This document shows positions 25,126 to 34,544 of a DNA stretch of 52,044 bases, piece by piece. Both the position numbers and the translations under genes were made by a program. The DNA comes from a virus (taxonomy: Duplodnaviria; Caudoviricetes): the IMG/VR virus record IMGVR_UViG_3300025608_000030, positions 1 to 52,044 of that record; one strand, given 5' to 3'. Below the pieces are notes generated by a model. That model was not told the origin of the DNA. It saw only the letters and a program-made list of their open reading frames with translations, and did no database searches. Every line of letters begins with the position of its first letter. Within the stretch, counting starts at the first letter, position 1.

Positions 25126-25917
25126 GTGGCATCAATATCAGATTTCAATAGCTTCGTTTTAAACGAAGAAAAGGTAGGATCCTTTTATAATGACGAGCTT
25201 AACCCTAAGTTTTGGGATAAGTACAAAAATAAAAGTGGTGACTCTGAATGGGTTTTTGATAGGATAGTTAGGAAGAAACTTTTAAAGATCTCTGACGATT
25301 TCTATGAAAAGTACAAGGATCTTCTTGGGGATCTCCCTATAGAGGATGTTCAATTAACCGGATCTTTAGCCAATTTTAATTACACAGATAAATCCGATCT
25401 AGATGTACACGTGCTTGTTGATTTTAACAAGATAAAATCTAAGCGTGATATATTAAAAGCTGCAGTAGATGGTGTAAGATTTGTATGGAATTTAAGACAT
25501 GATGTTATTATAAGAAATCATGACGTTGAACTGTACCTACAGGATATACACGAGCCACATACAGCTTCTGGACTATACTCTCTCATGAATGATAAGTGGA
25601 TACGTAAACCAAAGTTCGATCCACCAGAAGTTGATGAGCATGATGTTAGAAAAAAGTTTGATGGATTTGCTTCTGAGATCAATCAAATGGAATCTAAGCT
25701 TGTTACATCTTCTTCTTTGCCCGATAATGCAAAGGAGATGTATAAAAGGCTTCTAAGAATCAAGGAGAAGATACAAAAAATGAGAAAGGATGATCTCGCC
25801 AAGGATGGTGAGTTTTCAGTAGGTAACCTAGCCTTTAAAATGCTCAGGAATGATGGATATATAGGTAAAATAATAGATTTAATCTCAAAAGCTTACGCTA
25901 GGATTTATTCAGAATAA
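25126..25917 (+). CDS. Pol-beta-superfamily nucleotidyltransferase with putative head-targeting leader
   Basis: GS...SDLDVH and VELY catalytic motifs; N-terminal ISDFNSFVLNE. Confidence 0.8.
   Translation: MASISDFNSFVLNEEKVGSFYNDELNPKFWDKYKNKSGDSEWVFDRIVRKKLLKISDDFYEKYKDLLGDLPIEDVQLTGSLANFNYTDKSDLDVHVLVDFNKIKSKRDILKAAVDGVRFVWNLRHDVIIRNHDVELYLQDIHEPHTASGLYSLMNDKWIRKPKFDPPEVDEHDVRKKFDGFASEINQMESKLVTSSSLPDNAKEMYKRLLRIKEKIQKMRKDDLAKDGEFSVGNLAFKMLRNDGYIGKIIDLISKAYARIYSE
25856..25863 (+). promoter_or_regulatory. Putative late promoter GATATATA
   Basis: In the 3' end of the nucleotidyltransferase gene, upstream of ATG 25930. Confidence 0.5.
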
Positions 25918-25929
25918 AACTATAAAATT

Positions 25930-28632
25930 ATGATATTAGTATTCAAAAAGGGATTGGAATATAAAGGAAGCATGAACGGTGCTCCGGCAGATAAAGATTC
26001 AAACATGTTCCCTTTAATGTCTGTTCCACTTGATATGAAAGGAGAAGAGACAGATTTAAACGATTTCCAGTGGTGGTCTTATACAGATAAGTGGAAAAAA
26101 TGGCTGGATGCTAATCCTAGGGAATGGAAAGCTGAATCTGAAGAATCTAAATTTGACAAGGCTGAGCAAATTTTAGAGAGCATTGTTACTGTAAAAAACC
26201 CAGTTGGTGAATACGTTTCAGCTCAAATCGAGAGTTTATGGGAAACTGGATCTGTTATATCGTTTGATAATTACGCAAAATTATTGGAAGCCTCTGAATC
26301 CTCTGGGTCCAGAAACTCTGTAAAGAAGTTCATTAAATTAGGCTATGCTATCGAAAAATTAATAGCAGACGGTTCTCTATTAGATAGTCTAAAGATGGAA
26401 GATCTTGAGGACGGAAAAAAATATGCTGTTGTTATAGATCCTTTAACGGAGGAAGGAGATCCTGTACAAGAGGGAAGACAAGCCTTGAGAATTACTAAGG
26501 TTGGTGAATCTGCAGGTGTTATAATAGCTGATATGGACTACAGCCTCCCGATCGGTGATGTCAAAGACACTAAGTCTTATTTGGACGATGTTGTTGAGTT
26601 TGCTAAAGACGTTGCGATAGGTGGAGCTGGTTTAGCAGCTTTATATGGAGTTGCACAAGTTGCTGGATCTCTATTTATGGGATGGACATTATTCAAATCT
26701 GCTAGGGGAATTTATAAAAATTTCGGAAGAGCAAAACAAGTTCATAATGTAGTAAGATCTGCTGGTGGCGTAAGGGGAGCTGCTACCACTGGGTTTAACA
26801 CTCTTAAATCTTTTGCAACCAAGGCTTTTGGTAGAAGAGCAGGAGCGCAGGCAGTTGCAAATGCAGCTAGAGTTACTTTACCCTCTGGTGCTTTTGTCGA
26901 GGGAGGTTTAGCTTATTCAACCAGAGCAACCGGAAATGTGCTTCTAAAAGGAGCAGCTGAGCAATCTGTAAAATCTGCAGCAGCTAGAGCAGTTGCCCAG
27001 GGAGGAGCAAGAGCAGCTACTACAGTAGCAGGAAGAGGTGCAGCTGCAGCAGCTACTGCTAGTGGTGTTGTTGCTGCAGAGGCATCAAACCCAGTGGGGT
27101 GGATAATCGCAGCAGCTTCTGTTGTTGGATCTGGTGTAAATCAGGTTTGGAATTGGTTGAGTGATAAGCAGGCACCTAGGTATGGTGAAGTCGATGACTT
27201 TGCATATGGTGAATTTTCTCCCAAGTCTATCCCTACAGGTAGATCTATTACTATTTGTTGGACTAGCGACGGTGGAGCTGGTGGATGGGGTTTTGTTGTA
27301 GACCTTTTAACATTTGGTAAGGATGACACAAGAACAACTATGGAGTTGGTTAAGCTCGGTGAATATGATGACAGATCAGTATTCGTTCTTATACAGGTTA
27401 ATTCTCAGATGTTTGAAAAAGTTATGTCTGACAACGATCTCGTTTTACTTTCTTTCTCAAATAATGATAAGTTTGAAAGAGGCTATCTGGACAATGACGA
27501 CCTTGAATTCCAAACTGTATTAGTTCCGGATATTACTGAACTTACTATAGGTACCTCTTTTGTTGGTTATTCCTCTTGGGACGAAATGGAAGATGCTTAT
27601 AGAGAAAGTCCAGACAGTCCGGTCTATGTACCAACTGAAGCCAGATCTGACTATCAATTCCACTATAAAAACAAAGATGGTAAGGATGTAAATGTTACAG
27701 GTACTCTAGTTAAAGAGAATGAGTTAACTGATGCTTATATAAATGAACTTGTTCCTGGGTCTATTGAAGGACAAACATCAGAGTCTTTGGAAGATAAACT
27801 AGAATATTCTAGATTGTTAAATGAGAATAAGGTACTTTCATTTAGTGATTTTTCAGCTCAATTAAATTCTACTATAACTGAAGCAGAAGACGATACTACA
27901 GATGAGCCAGAGGTCCCTTCTAATAAACCGGAAGTTTCTAACTATGAAACTGAATTAGATGGCGTTTTAGCAACTACCTCATCTATATCCCAAGTTTATT
28001 CACAGATACCTGTTATCTCATATAAGGTAAATTCAATCAACTTTGTTAATCCCGAAGAAACTGGATCTGCTGGTTCTTTCAGTTACTTCCTTATAGGTGA
28101 AGAAAGTATGAACCCATCTCAAAATCAACCTGTCCTGGTAGAGTCAGCATCTGAAGATTCTATAGTAGATCCAAGATTCGGTCTTAAAACTTACGTTCCC
28201 CCTGTGAAGGAGGAAGAGGTGGAAGACACGATAGAGGAACCTGAAGAAACATCTCCAGAGGAGAAAATAAATATAGAAGACGTTGACACTACTGGAGATA
28301 GAGTAGAAACCACAAGAGGAGATGTACAAATAAAAAGTAAATCTGGATCTCTAACTATAAAAGATAGAGACGTAGATGGAGGAATAAACATATTTGACGA
28401 ATTCGCTAACGATGAACTTAAGAAGGAACTTAACATAGAAGGATGGGAAAACATTACTAGTGTTAAGGTTAGATATGATGATGAGGGAGAACCAAACAAG
28501 GTTACGATCAAAAACAGATTTGCTCCTAGTCTTACAAACAGAAGAAGAGTAATCAGAAAGGGTGAACAAGGATTTGAATCTGCCTTAAATTTCGCTAAGT
28601 CTGTAGAAGATGGTATATCTTTCACCGGATAA
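25930..28632 (+). CDS. Large virion protein with Ala/Gly-rich hydrophobic core (candidate ejection/membrane-insertion protein)
   Basis: VAIGGAGLAALYG... and SNPVGWIIAAASVVG segments; internal ISFDNY..LLE and LSFSDF..ITE motifs. Confidence 0.55.
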   Translation: MILVFKKGLEYKGSMNGAPADKDSNMFPLMSVPLDMKGEETDLNDFQWWSYTDKWKKWLDANPREWKAESEESKFDKAEQILESIVTVKNPVGEYVSAQIESLWETGSVISFDNYAKLLEASESSGSRNSVKKFIKLGYAIEKLIADGSLLDSLKMEDLEDGKKYAVVIDPLTEEGDPVQEGRQALRITKVGESAGVIIADMDYSLPIGDVKDTKSYLDDVVEFAKDVAIGGAGLAALYGVAQVAGSLFMGWTLFKSARGIYKNFGRAKQVHNVVRSAGGVRGAATTGFNTLKSFATKAFGRRAGAQAVANAARVTLPSGAFVEGGLAYSTRATGNVLLKGAAEQSVKSAAARAVAQGGARAATTVAGRGAAAAATASGVVAAEASNPVGWIIAAASVVGSGVNQVWNWLSDKQAPRYGEVDDFAYGEFSPKSIPTGRSITICWTSDGGAGGWGFVVDLLTFGKDDTRTTMELVKLGEYDDRSVFVLIQVNSQMFEKVMSDNDLVLLSFSNNDKFERGYLDNDDLEFQTVLVPDITELTIGTSFVGYSSWDEMEDAYRESPDSPVYVPTEARSDYQFHYKNKDGKDVNVTGTLVKENELTDAYINELVPGSIEGQTSESLEDKLEYSRLLNENKVLSFSDFSAQLNSTITEAEDDTTDEPEVPSNKPEVSNYETELDGVLATTSSISQVYSQIPVISYKVNSINFVNPEETGSAGSFSYFLIGEESMNPSQNQPVLVESASEDSIVDPRFGLKTYVPPVKEEEVEDTIEEPEETSPEEKINIEDVDTTGDRVETTRGDVQIKSKSGSLTIKDRDVDGGINIFDEFANDELKKELNIEGWENITSVKVRYDDEGEPNKVTIKNRFAPSLTNRRRVIRKGEQGFESALNFAKSVEDGISFTG

Positions 28633-28663
28633 AAAAACGTCAAAATTTCCAAAAATGGAAATA

Positions 28664-28671
28664 GATATATA
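28664..28671 (+). promoter_or_regulatory. Putative late promoter GATATATA
   Basis: 26 nt before the protease ATG. Confidence 0.65.
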
Positions 28672-28697
28672 AAGTTAAATAATAGTAAAGTCAAGAA

Positions 28698-30707
28698 ATG
28701 AACGAGTCTTTATTGAATGAAAATCTCCTTTTTATCCTGGAGAAGCAAGATAATAATCTTGATGTCTCAAAGGGAGTCTCAGATGATGGGTATGTACTTC
28801 AGGGTATTGCTGCTCAATTTGGGAAGGAGAATAACAACAACAGAATCTATGAGGAAGGCGAATACCTACCTCATTTAGAATATCTTAAGGATAAGATAGG
28901 TAAAAAGAGATTGGTTGGTGAACTAGACCATCCTGAAAAATTCGATGTATCTCTTAAAAACATCTCTCACGTAGTTGAGGATCTTGTTTATGATAAAGAC
29001 GGAAGAGTATTAAACATTAAAGTTCGTTTGCTTGACACTCCAGCTGGACAAATTGCTAAAAAGCTAGTAGATGCTGGTATACCTCTTTCTATTTCATCTA
29101 GAGCAGCAGGAAACGTCGGACCTGACAAGAAGGTACAAATTAAAAAAATCTTTACGTATGATCTGGTAGCTGATCCTGGTTTTCAGGACGCTCAGCTAGA
29201 AAGAGTATATGAAAGCGCTGGTTTCGATGCTTTTGAATTCGAGAAGAGATCAAAAAATTCGATTATAAACAACTTAGAATGTGTAAATGAATCACTAGGC
29301 ATAGAAAATGAATCTGGTGTGAAGATATATAAAGTTGAAAATAGCGAAGAATTCGAAAAAATCCTTAATCAAGATAAAAATAAATCCACTATTATGGAGG
29401 CCAACAAAGAATATGTTACTGCTGACGAGCTTAATAAGTATTCTATCTTTTTGAAAAATAAGATGGATGAGCTTGAAACGCAAATTTCTGAAATGAAACA
29501 ACAAGAAGCTCAGGTTACTGAAAGCGAAAATAACTCTGTAGATTGCAAAGCTCTGGAAGAAAGAGTTTCTAAACTGGAGAAATACTCCGAGTACCTTGCA
29601 GAAAATCTAGAAAGTGCTATCAAGTACGGTGAGTACCTTGCAGAAAATCTAGATAGTAGCATTACTTATTCTAAGTATTTGGCGGAAAACTTGGACAAGA
29701 CTATTTCTTATTCTAAGTATTTGGCAGAAAATGTGGATAAGGGCATTTCATATTCAGAATACGTGGCTGAAAATGTTGACAAAGCAATCGACTACTCTAA
29801 GTATCTTGCAGAAAAAGTAGACGATGGTATACAATATACAGAATATGTGGCGGAGAATCTTGATAAAGGAATTGCTTATTCAGAATACTTGGCAGAAAAA
29901 GTTGACAAGAATATTGCTTATTCTGAGTACTTAGCAGAAAACTTAGATAAAGGTATTTCTTATTCTGAGTATCTTGCTGAAAATCTTGATAAAGGAATTG
30001 CTTATTCCGAGTATATCGCTGAAAAGCTAGATCAAGGAATCAACTACACAGAGTACCTAGCAGAGAATGTAAATAAAGGAATTGCTTACTCTGATTATTT
30101 AGCTGAGAAGTTAAATGGTAATATAGCTAATACAGAAGCTATTCACGAAAGCGTTAAAGCAGAAAAAGCACCTTCGTTAAACGAAAGCGCTAGAGAAAAT
30201 GCTGTAACAGCTTCCAAAACAGAATTGGTCGAATCAGGTTTTGCTGGAGATTATGAAAATCTCGGAGGTAAAATTGATTCTCTAATTGAATCGGTCAAAA
30301 CACAGAAGACTGAGGAAAATATAAACGAGGCAAAAACGAAAGTTGAGCCAACTGCTCAAACACAAAAAGCAGATGAGGCAATCAACGAAGCCGAAGAAGT
30401 AAAATTGGCAGAATCATCAAGTCACAAATTTATTGATGAAATGCCAGAAGATTATGCTCCGTTATGGGAGTCTCTAAATGAGAGTCAAAAGCAATCAGTT
30501 ATTGCTCAGTCTCACTTCTATAATTTAGAAACCTCATATCAGATCAAAAATTTCTGGTCAACTCGTCAGCTTGGTGCTAAACCAGTAGGACTTCAGAAAC
30601 TTCAAGAGAGCCAAGAAACACCAGAGCCTAAGACGGCTACAACCCCTCAAGGGTATTCAAATGATTACCTTAATTGGGTCGCTAAGTCGCTCGAAGGTAA
30701 GTTTTAA
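28698..30707 (+). CDS. gp21: Prohead protease (T4 gp21-like) fused to scaffold/core domain
   Basis: NNNNRIY, GELDHP, SHVV, TPAG, SSRAAG and DLVADPGF motifs; repeat-rich coiled-coil C-terminal half. Confidence 0.92.
   Translation: MNESLLNENLLFILEKQDNNLDVSKGVSDDGYVLQGIAAQFGKENNNNRIYEEGEYLPHLEYLKDKIGKKRLVGELDHPEKFDVSLKNISHVVEDLVYDKDGRVLNIKVRLLDTPAGQIAKKLVDAGIPLSISSRAAGNVGPDKKVQIKKIFTYDLVADPGFQDAQLERVYESAGFDAFEFEKRSKNSIINNLECVNESLGIENESGVKIYKVENSEEFEKILNQDKNKSTIMEANKEYVTADELNKYSIFLKNKMDELETQISEMKQQEAQVTESENNSVDCKALEERVSKLEKYSEYLAENLESAIKYGEYLAENLDSSITYSKYLAENLDKTISYSKYLAENVDKGISYSEYVAENVDKAIDYSKYLAEKVDDGIQYTEYVAENLDKGIAYSEYLAEKVDKNIAYSEYLAENLDKGISYSEYLAENLDKGIAYSEYIAEKLDQGINYTEYLAENVNKGIAYSDYLAEKLNGNIANTEAIHESVKAEKAPSLNESARENAVTASKTELVESGFAGDYENLGGKIDSLIESVKTQKTEENINEAKTKVEPTAQTQKADEAINEAEEVKLAESSSHKFIDEMPEDYAPLWESLNESQKQSVIAQSHFYNLETSYQIKNFWSTRQLGAKPVGLQKLQESQETPEPKTATTPQGYSNDYLNWVAKSLEGKF
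29324..29331 (+). promoter_or_regulatory. Internal late promoter GATATATA within the protease gene
   Basis: Exact octamer 62 nt before in-frame ATG 29394. Confidence 0.55.
29394..30707 (+). CDS. Putative nested scaffold/core protein, in frame with the protease
   Basis: In-frame ATG (MEANKEYV) with A-rich leader aagataaaaataaatccactatt and an upstream late motif. Confidence 0.5.
   Translation: MEANKEYVTADELNKYSIFLKNKMDELETQISEMKQQEAQVTESENNSVDCKALEERVSKLEKYSEYLAENLESAIKYGEYLAENLDSSITYSKYLAENLDKTISYSKYLAENVDKGISYSEYVAENVDKAIDYSKYLAEKVDDGIQYTEYVAENLDKGIAYSEYLAEKVDKNIAYSEYLAENLDKGISYSEYLAENLDKGIAYSEYIAEKLDQGINYTEYLAENVNKGIAYSDYLAEKLNGNIANTEAIHESVKAEKAPSLNESARENAVTASKTELVESGFAGDYENLGGKIDSLIESVKTQKTEENINEAKTKVEPTAQTQKADEAINEAEEVKLAESSSHKFIDEMPEDYAPLWESLNESQKQSVIAQSHFYNLETSYQIKNFWSTRQLGAKPVGLQKLQESQETPEPKTATTPQGYSNDYLNWVAKSLEGKF
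29583..30128 (+). repeat. 13 tandem 42-bp / 14-aa repeats (YSEYLAENLDKGIA-like)
   Basis: Counted in the translation; the codons are diverged between copies. Confidence 0.95.
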
Positions 30708-30731
30708 AAATCTAAAAAATATAATAAAAAG

Positions 30732-32453
30732 ATGAAACTAATCAACGAAGCAGAAATCTTCGAAACCTGGTCTCCTATCATTGAGCAGAAGGCAGGAATT
30801 CAAGATGCTGAGAAAAAAGGATGGTTGAGCAAGTATTGCCATTACCATTCATTAAACGAGTCTGCTGGTGCATATCAGTCACTAGCAACTGTAAACGGTA
30901 TGGGTGCCGTAGCTCCACCCGCATACCCAGGTGGGTATAACTCAACTGGTGCAGCAGTAGGTAACCAAGCTAACGCAGCTTTCTACAACTCTGCTAACCA
31001 AGGTTCAGGAGATAAGTTTCCTTCACTTCTTCCATTGGCAATTCAGGTTGCTGCGAAGACTGTTGGATTCGATATCGTTCCTGTAATTCCTATGTCAGGT
31101 CCTACTGGCGTACTTTCTTACCTAGATTACGTATACTCAGGTGGTAAAATCAGCCCAACAACAGCTGGTTCAACTGCTGCAGATGCACTAGCAACTGCAC
31201 CATCTATGATCAAGGTACAATTGACTACTCCAGCTGCTGGATATCCTGCAGATTTTGCAGTAGGTACTACTTACTACATCACTAACGCTTCTTCAGCAGG
31301 TGCTTACATCACTACTAAGTTTGTTGGTCTATCTAGAATTGATGGTTTCCCAATCTTCAGGATAGAAGGATTAACAGCTGGTGAAACTGTTTCTGCAGTT
31401 CTTGATGGTGGTGCTACTAAAATTGGTACTTCAGTAGACGGTGCTCAAGCAGGTACTACAACTGCAAGAGCAGAATTGGTAAAAGCTCTTGAGGATCACA
31501 TCCAAGGATTCTCTGGTGCTGGTTTCAACAACGACCAAGACTTTCAAGGTCCATTCGTAGACGGTACTAAGACTTACAACCCAATGCTAAGAGGTGTTGG
31601 TGAGAGCACTTACTACCAATCAATGGGTCTTTCAACGTTCACTAAGTTCGTTGAAGCTGATACTTTCCAAGTAGCTGCTTCAGTAACTACTGAGCAAATC
31701 CAAGACTTGAACAAGCAATTTGGTATCGACGTTATCTCAATGATCGAAAATGCATTGGTTAACGAAGTATCTCAAGCTATCAACAAGCACATCCTTTCTA
31801 GAGCATTTGCTCTTGGATGGTCTAACCACGACGAATTCTTAACTACAGAAGGACAAAACTTGAACCTAAACCTCGTTATCGGTGGTACTGCAGGTTCTTA
31901 CACTATTCCTTCTTACGTAGGTAAGTCTGACACTGGTCTTACAATCTCATCTGTTGCAGGTCCTGCTTCAGGAGGATACGAGAACTTGTCAACTCTACAG
32001 AGAAGACTATTCTCTAGAATCTTAGCTTCTGCTAACGTAGTAGCTAACAGAGGAAGAAGAGGTCCTGCTAACTTCATCGTTACTAACGCTAACGTTGCAA
32101 GTGCATTGCAAGACATCTCTCAGTTCACTTTTGCACCTTTCTCTAACACACTAACTCAAAACAACGGTACACTTTACCCAGTAGGTTCGCTTGCAGGTAT
32201 GACTGTTTATGTTGATCAGAACATGAAGTTCGGTGATAACAGAGTATTAGTTGGTAGAAAAGGTGGTGACGACGAACCAGGACTTAAGTTCATGCCTTAC
32301 ATGATGGCTGAGTCTATCCAAACAATCTCTGAAGGTACTATGTCACCTAAGATTGCGGTTAAGTCTCGTTACGCACTAGTAGAAGCAGGTTTCCACCCAG
32401 AAACTATGTACTTCTGTTTCCACGTGAACGTTCCTACTGGAGGTTTATCCTAA
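30732..32453 (+). CDS. gp23: Major capsid protein (T4 gp23-like)
   Basis: PMSGPTG, TTEQIQDL, INKHI, RRGPANF, MPY and KSRY motifs; follows the protease. Confidence 0.95.
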   Translation: MKLINEAEIFETWSPIIEQKAGIQDAEKKGWLSKYCHYHSLNESAGAYQSLATVNGMGAVAPPAYPGGYNSTGAAVGNQANAAFYNSANQGSGDKFPSLLPLAIQVAAKTVGFDIVPVIPMSGPTGVLSYLDYVYSGGKISPTTAGSTAADALATAPSMIKVQLTTPAAGYPADFAVGTTYYITNASSAGAYITTKFVGLSRIDGFPIFRIEGLTAGETVSAVLDGGATKIGTSVDGAQAGTTTARAELVKALEDHIQGFSGAGFNNDQDFQGPFVDGTKTYNPMLRGVGESTYYQSMGLSTFTKFVEADTFQVAASVTTEQIQDLNKQFGIDVISMIENALVNEVSQAINKHILSRAFALGWSNHDEFLTTEGQNLNLNLVIGGTAGSYTIPSYVGKSDTGLTISSVAGPASGGYENLSTLQRRLFSRILASANVVANRGRRGPANFIVTNANVASALQDISQFTFAPFSNTLTQNNGTLYPVGSLAGMTVYVDQNMKFGDNRVLVGRKGGDDEPGLKFMPYMMAESIQTISEGTMSPKIAVKSRYALVEAGFHPETMYFCFHVNVPTGGLS

Positions 32454-32478
32454 TCAGTAGTTAGTACACACTAATATT

Positions 32479-32509
32479 AAACCCCAGACTTTTGTCTGGG
32501 GTTTTTTTA
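32479..32509 (+). terminator. Rho-independent terminator after the major capsid gene
   Basis: AAACCCCAGAC-tttt-GTCTGGGGTTT followed by a T-run. Confidence 0.92.
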
Positions 32510-32518
32510 TTGATATGG

Positions 32519-32526
32519 GATATATA
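32519..32526 (+). promoter_or_regulatory. Putative late promoter GATATATA
   Basis: After the terminator and before ATG 32549. Confidence 0.65.
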
Positions 32527-32548
32527 ATATAAATGTGGCAGTTGCATA

Positions 32549-33649
32549 ATGAATAAATTAAACTCACATAAGCAGTTCCTGTTCGAAAGAGATCTTTCAG
32601 AAGAAGTAGATCAGGTTGTTTTCGCTGGTCTCTTATTGGATTATTATAATCTTAATGAGGGTAAAGCTCTTGATACTTTGAAAAATTCAGTTTCTAAGAC
32701 TTTATTCGGACCTTTTTCTAGATTATCCGTTATAGATACTATTAGGAAGGGTAATCTTGAAATTCAAAAGGAGATAATCAGAAAGGAATATGACATGGAG
32801 GATGATATTCTTGATATAGAGGGTAAGGTAGAAGAAGCACGAAAAAAAGGTTCTAGTTCTAATGAAATTTCCCGTTTGAGATCTCAGATAGAAAGAAAGA
32901 GAAAAGAATTCCGTTCGTTTGTTAAGATGAAAAGGGAACAGATGAATAAAGGAATGAATCTTCTAGAAAAAACTATAGGTAAAAACCCAAGGAGAAAAGA
33001 ATATTACGAGGCCGGTTTTTTGGACGATAAGTATGATCTAGCTAAGTTTGAATATGAACTTGCAAAACAAAAGTCTTCCGACGATAGCTCAATAAAGAAG
33101 CTTAAGAATGATCTAGAGACTGCTTCTAAGAAAGCGGAGTCTTTTGTTTCTAAATCCAAAGATTCTGCAAGAACAAAATCTTCCATAAAGGACTCAGAGC
33201 TAGAGGATGTTGCATCTTTGAGAAAAAGGATCTCTATTAACGATATTAACGTTATCGTATCTCTAAAAGAAAAATCTAAGGAACGTGTTAAGGACATAAA
33301 ATCACAGATGTCGAAGGTTCTAAATGATGTAAAACAGTTCATGTCAAAGTCCCCGACATACGAAGAGGTTAAATCTTCTGGAAAGATTTCTAATGGGATA
33401 AAGGACCTGGAGGATAAAGCAAATGAGGTCGATTCCCTTGAAAATCTGATTAGTGTTTACTCCGATGCTATCAAGTCTAAAGGTAAATCCATTTCTAATG
33501 AATCTGCTTTAACTGGCCTTTTTAGTAAGATCAATTCTGCAATAGCTGATGGTAATGATGCTGGTTCGGGAATAACAAAAGATGTTGTTGATATGAAATC
33601 CGACGTAACCCTAAAGAAGATTGGTAACTTAATAAAAAAATTAGTCTAA
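32549..33649 (+). CDS. Coiled-coil putative internal head protein
   Basis: Leader with LFE/LNE sites; K/E-rich; appears paralogous to the next gene. Confidence 0.65.
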   Translation: MNKLNSHKQFLFERDLSEEVDQVVFAGLLLDYYNLNEGKALDTLKNSVSKTLFGPFSRLSVIDTIRKGNLEIQKEIIRKEYDMEDDILDIEGKVEEARKKGSSSNEISRLRSQIERKRKEFRSFVKMKREQMNKGMNLLEKTIGKNPRRKEYYEAGFLDDKYDLAKFEYELAKQKSSDDSSIKKLKNDLETASKKAESFVSKSKDSARTKSSIKDSELEDVASLRKRISINDINVIVSLKEKSKERVKDIKSQMSKVLNDVKQFMSKSPTYEEVKSSGKISNGIKDLEDKANEVDSLENLISVYSDAIKSKGKSISNESALTGLFSKINSAIADGNDAGSGITKDVVDMKSDVTLKKIGNLIKKLV

Positions 33650-33650
33650 G

Positions 33651-34544
33651 ATGTTGTTAAATTTTAAAGAATGGGAATCTCAGAATTTAAATGAGAAGGA
33701 CTCTAGCCTAGATAAGATAATGAATTGGTTAAGTTCTAACTTCGGAGGAACTATATCTAAGATAGATACATTGCTTTCTGATGTTAATTCAATAGAGACC
33801 CAATATTCTAAAGATTGGAATGAAATCCAAACTGATATAGATGCACTGGAGGTAAAGAAAGCCCAGACAAAAAGCGATCCTGCTGAAGCTAAGAAGCTAG
33901 AAAGAATGATCGACAGGAATCAGAAGCTTCTCACTGCACTGAATAAAAAGAGGAAGGCTGATATTTCCAAGGTTGATGATCGAGTCGAAAAGCTTGTAAA
34001 TGGAAAGCAGAGATTGGTTTCTTACTGGAATTTGAAAAAATCCGAGCTGGAAGCGGACTTGGCTGAAAAAATGTACAAGCTGGCAAAAGGTCTTACTGAC
34101 GATTCTGTTGCTGGTGAACTTTATGATAAGTATAAGAAAGCAGCTTTGGATGCTAAAGAGAAGGATGAAAGGTTTAGAGAAAAGTTTGGTAAGCTTGATT
34201 TAGCAAAGCCCTCTACGCTTAAATCGGATGCTGAAAGTAGGGCTATAACAAGTTCTAATTTTTCAATGGATCCTATCTTTTCTATGAATGCTCCTCAATT
34301 TACCAAATTTGTACAAGACCTCGAAAAGAGTCAGGTTGGTGCTTTAATTAAGGCTATGCAGTCTGAGAGGAATGAAAGGTACGCTACATTAGATACTGAA
34401 AGAGATCGTCTTGAAGCTCAGGCTAAAAAGAAAGGATTATCTGATGATAGTGTTAAGAATAGTATTTCAGAATTAAGGGAAACCCTAATGAAACAAATAA
34501 GGGATTTGAGAACAAAAATAACTATTGCTAGAAGGTATGCATAA
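33651..34544 (+). CDS. Coiled-coil putative internal head protein
   Basis: Leader MLLNFKEW..LNE. Confidence 0.65.
   Translation: MLLNFKEWESQNLNEKDSSLDKIMNWLSSNFGGTISKIDTLLSDVNSIETQYSKDWNEIQTDIDALEVKKAQTKSDPAEAKKLERMIDRNQKLLTALNKKRKADISKVDDRVEKLVNGKQRLVSYWNLKKSELEADLAEKMYKLAKGLTDDSVAGELYDKYKKAALDAKEKDERFREKFGKLDLAKPSTLKSDAESRAITSSNFSMDPIFSMNAPQFTKFVQDLEKSQVGALIKAMQSERNERYATLDTERDRLEAQAKKKGLSDDSVKNSISELRETLMKQIRDLRTKITIARRYA

Noticed and set aside
29583-30128. Periodic repeats as a CRISPR array
   Set aside because: They are in-frame coding repeats with synonymous variation and no unique spacers. The same applies to 51795-52044.
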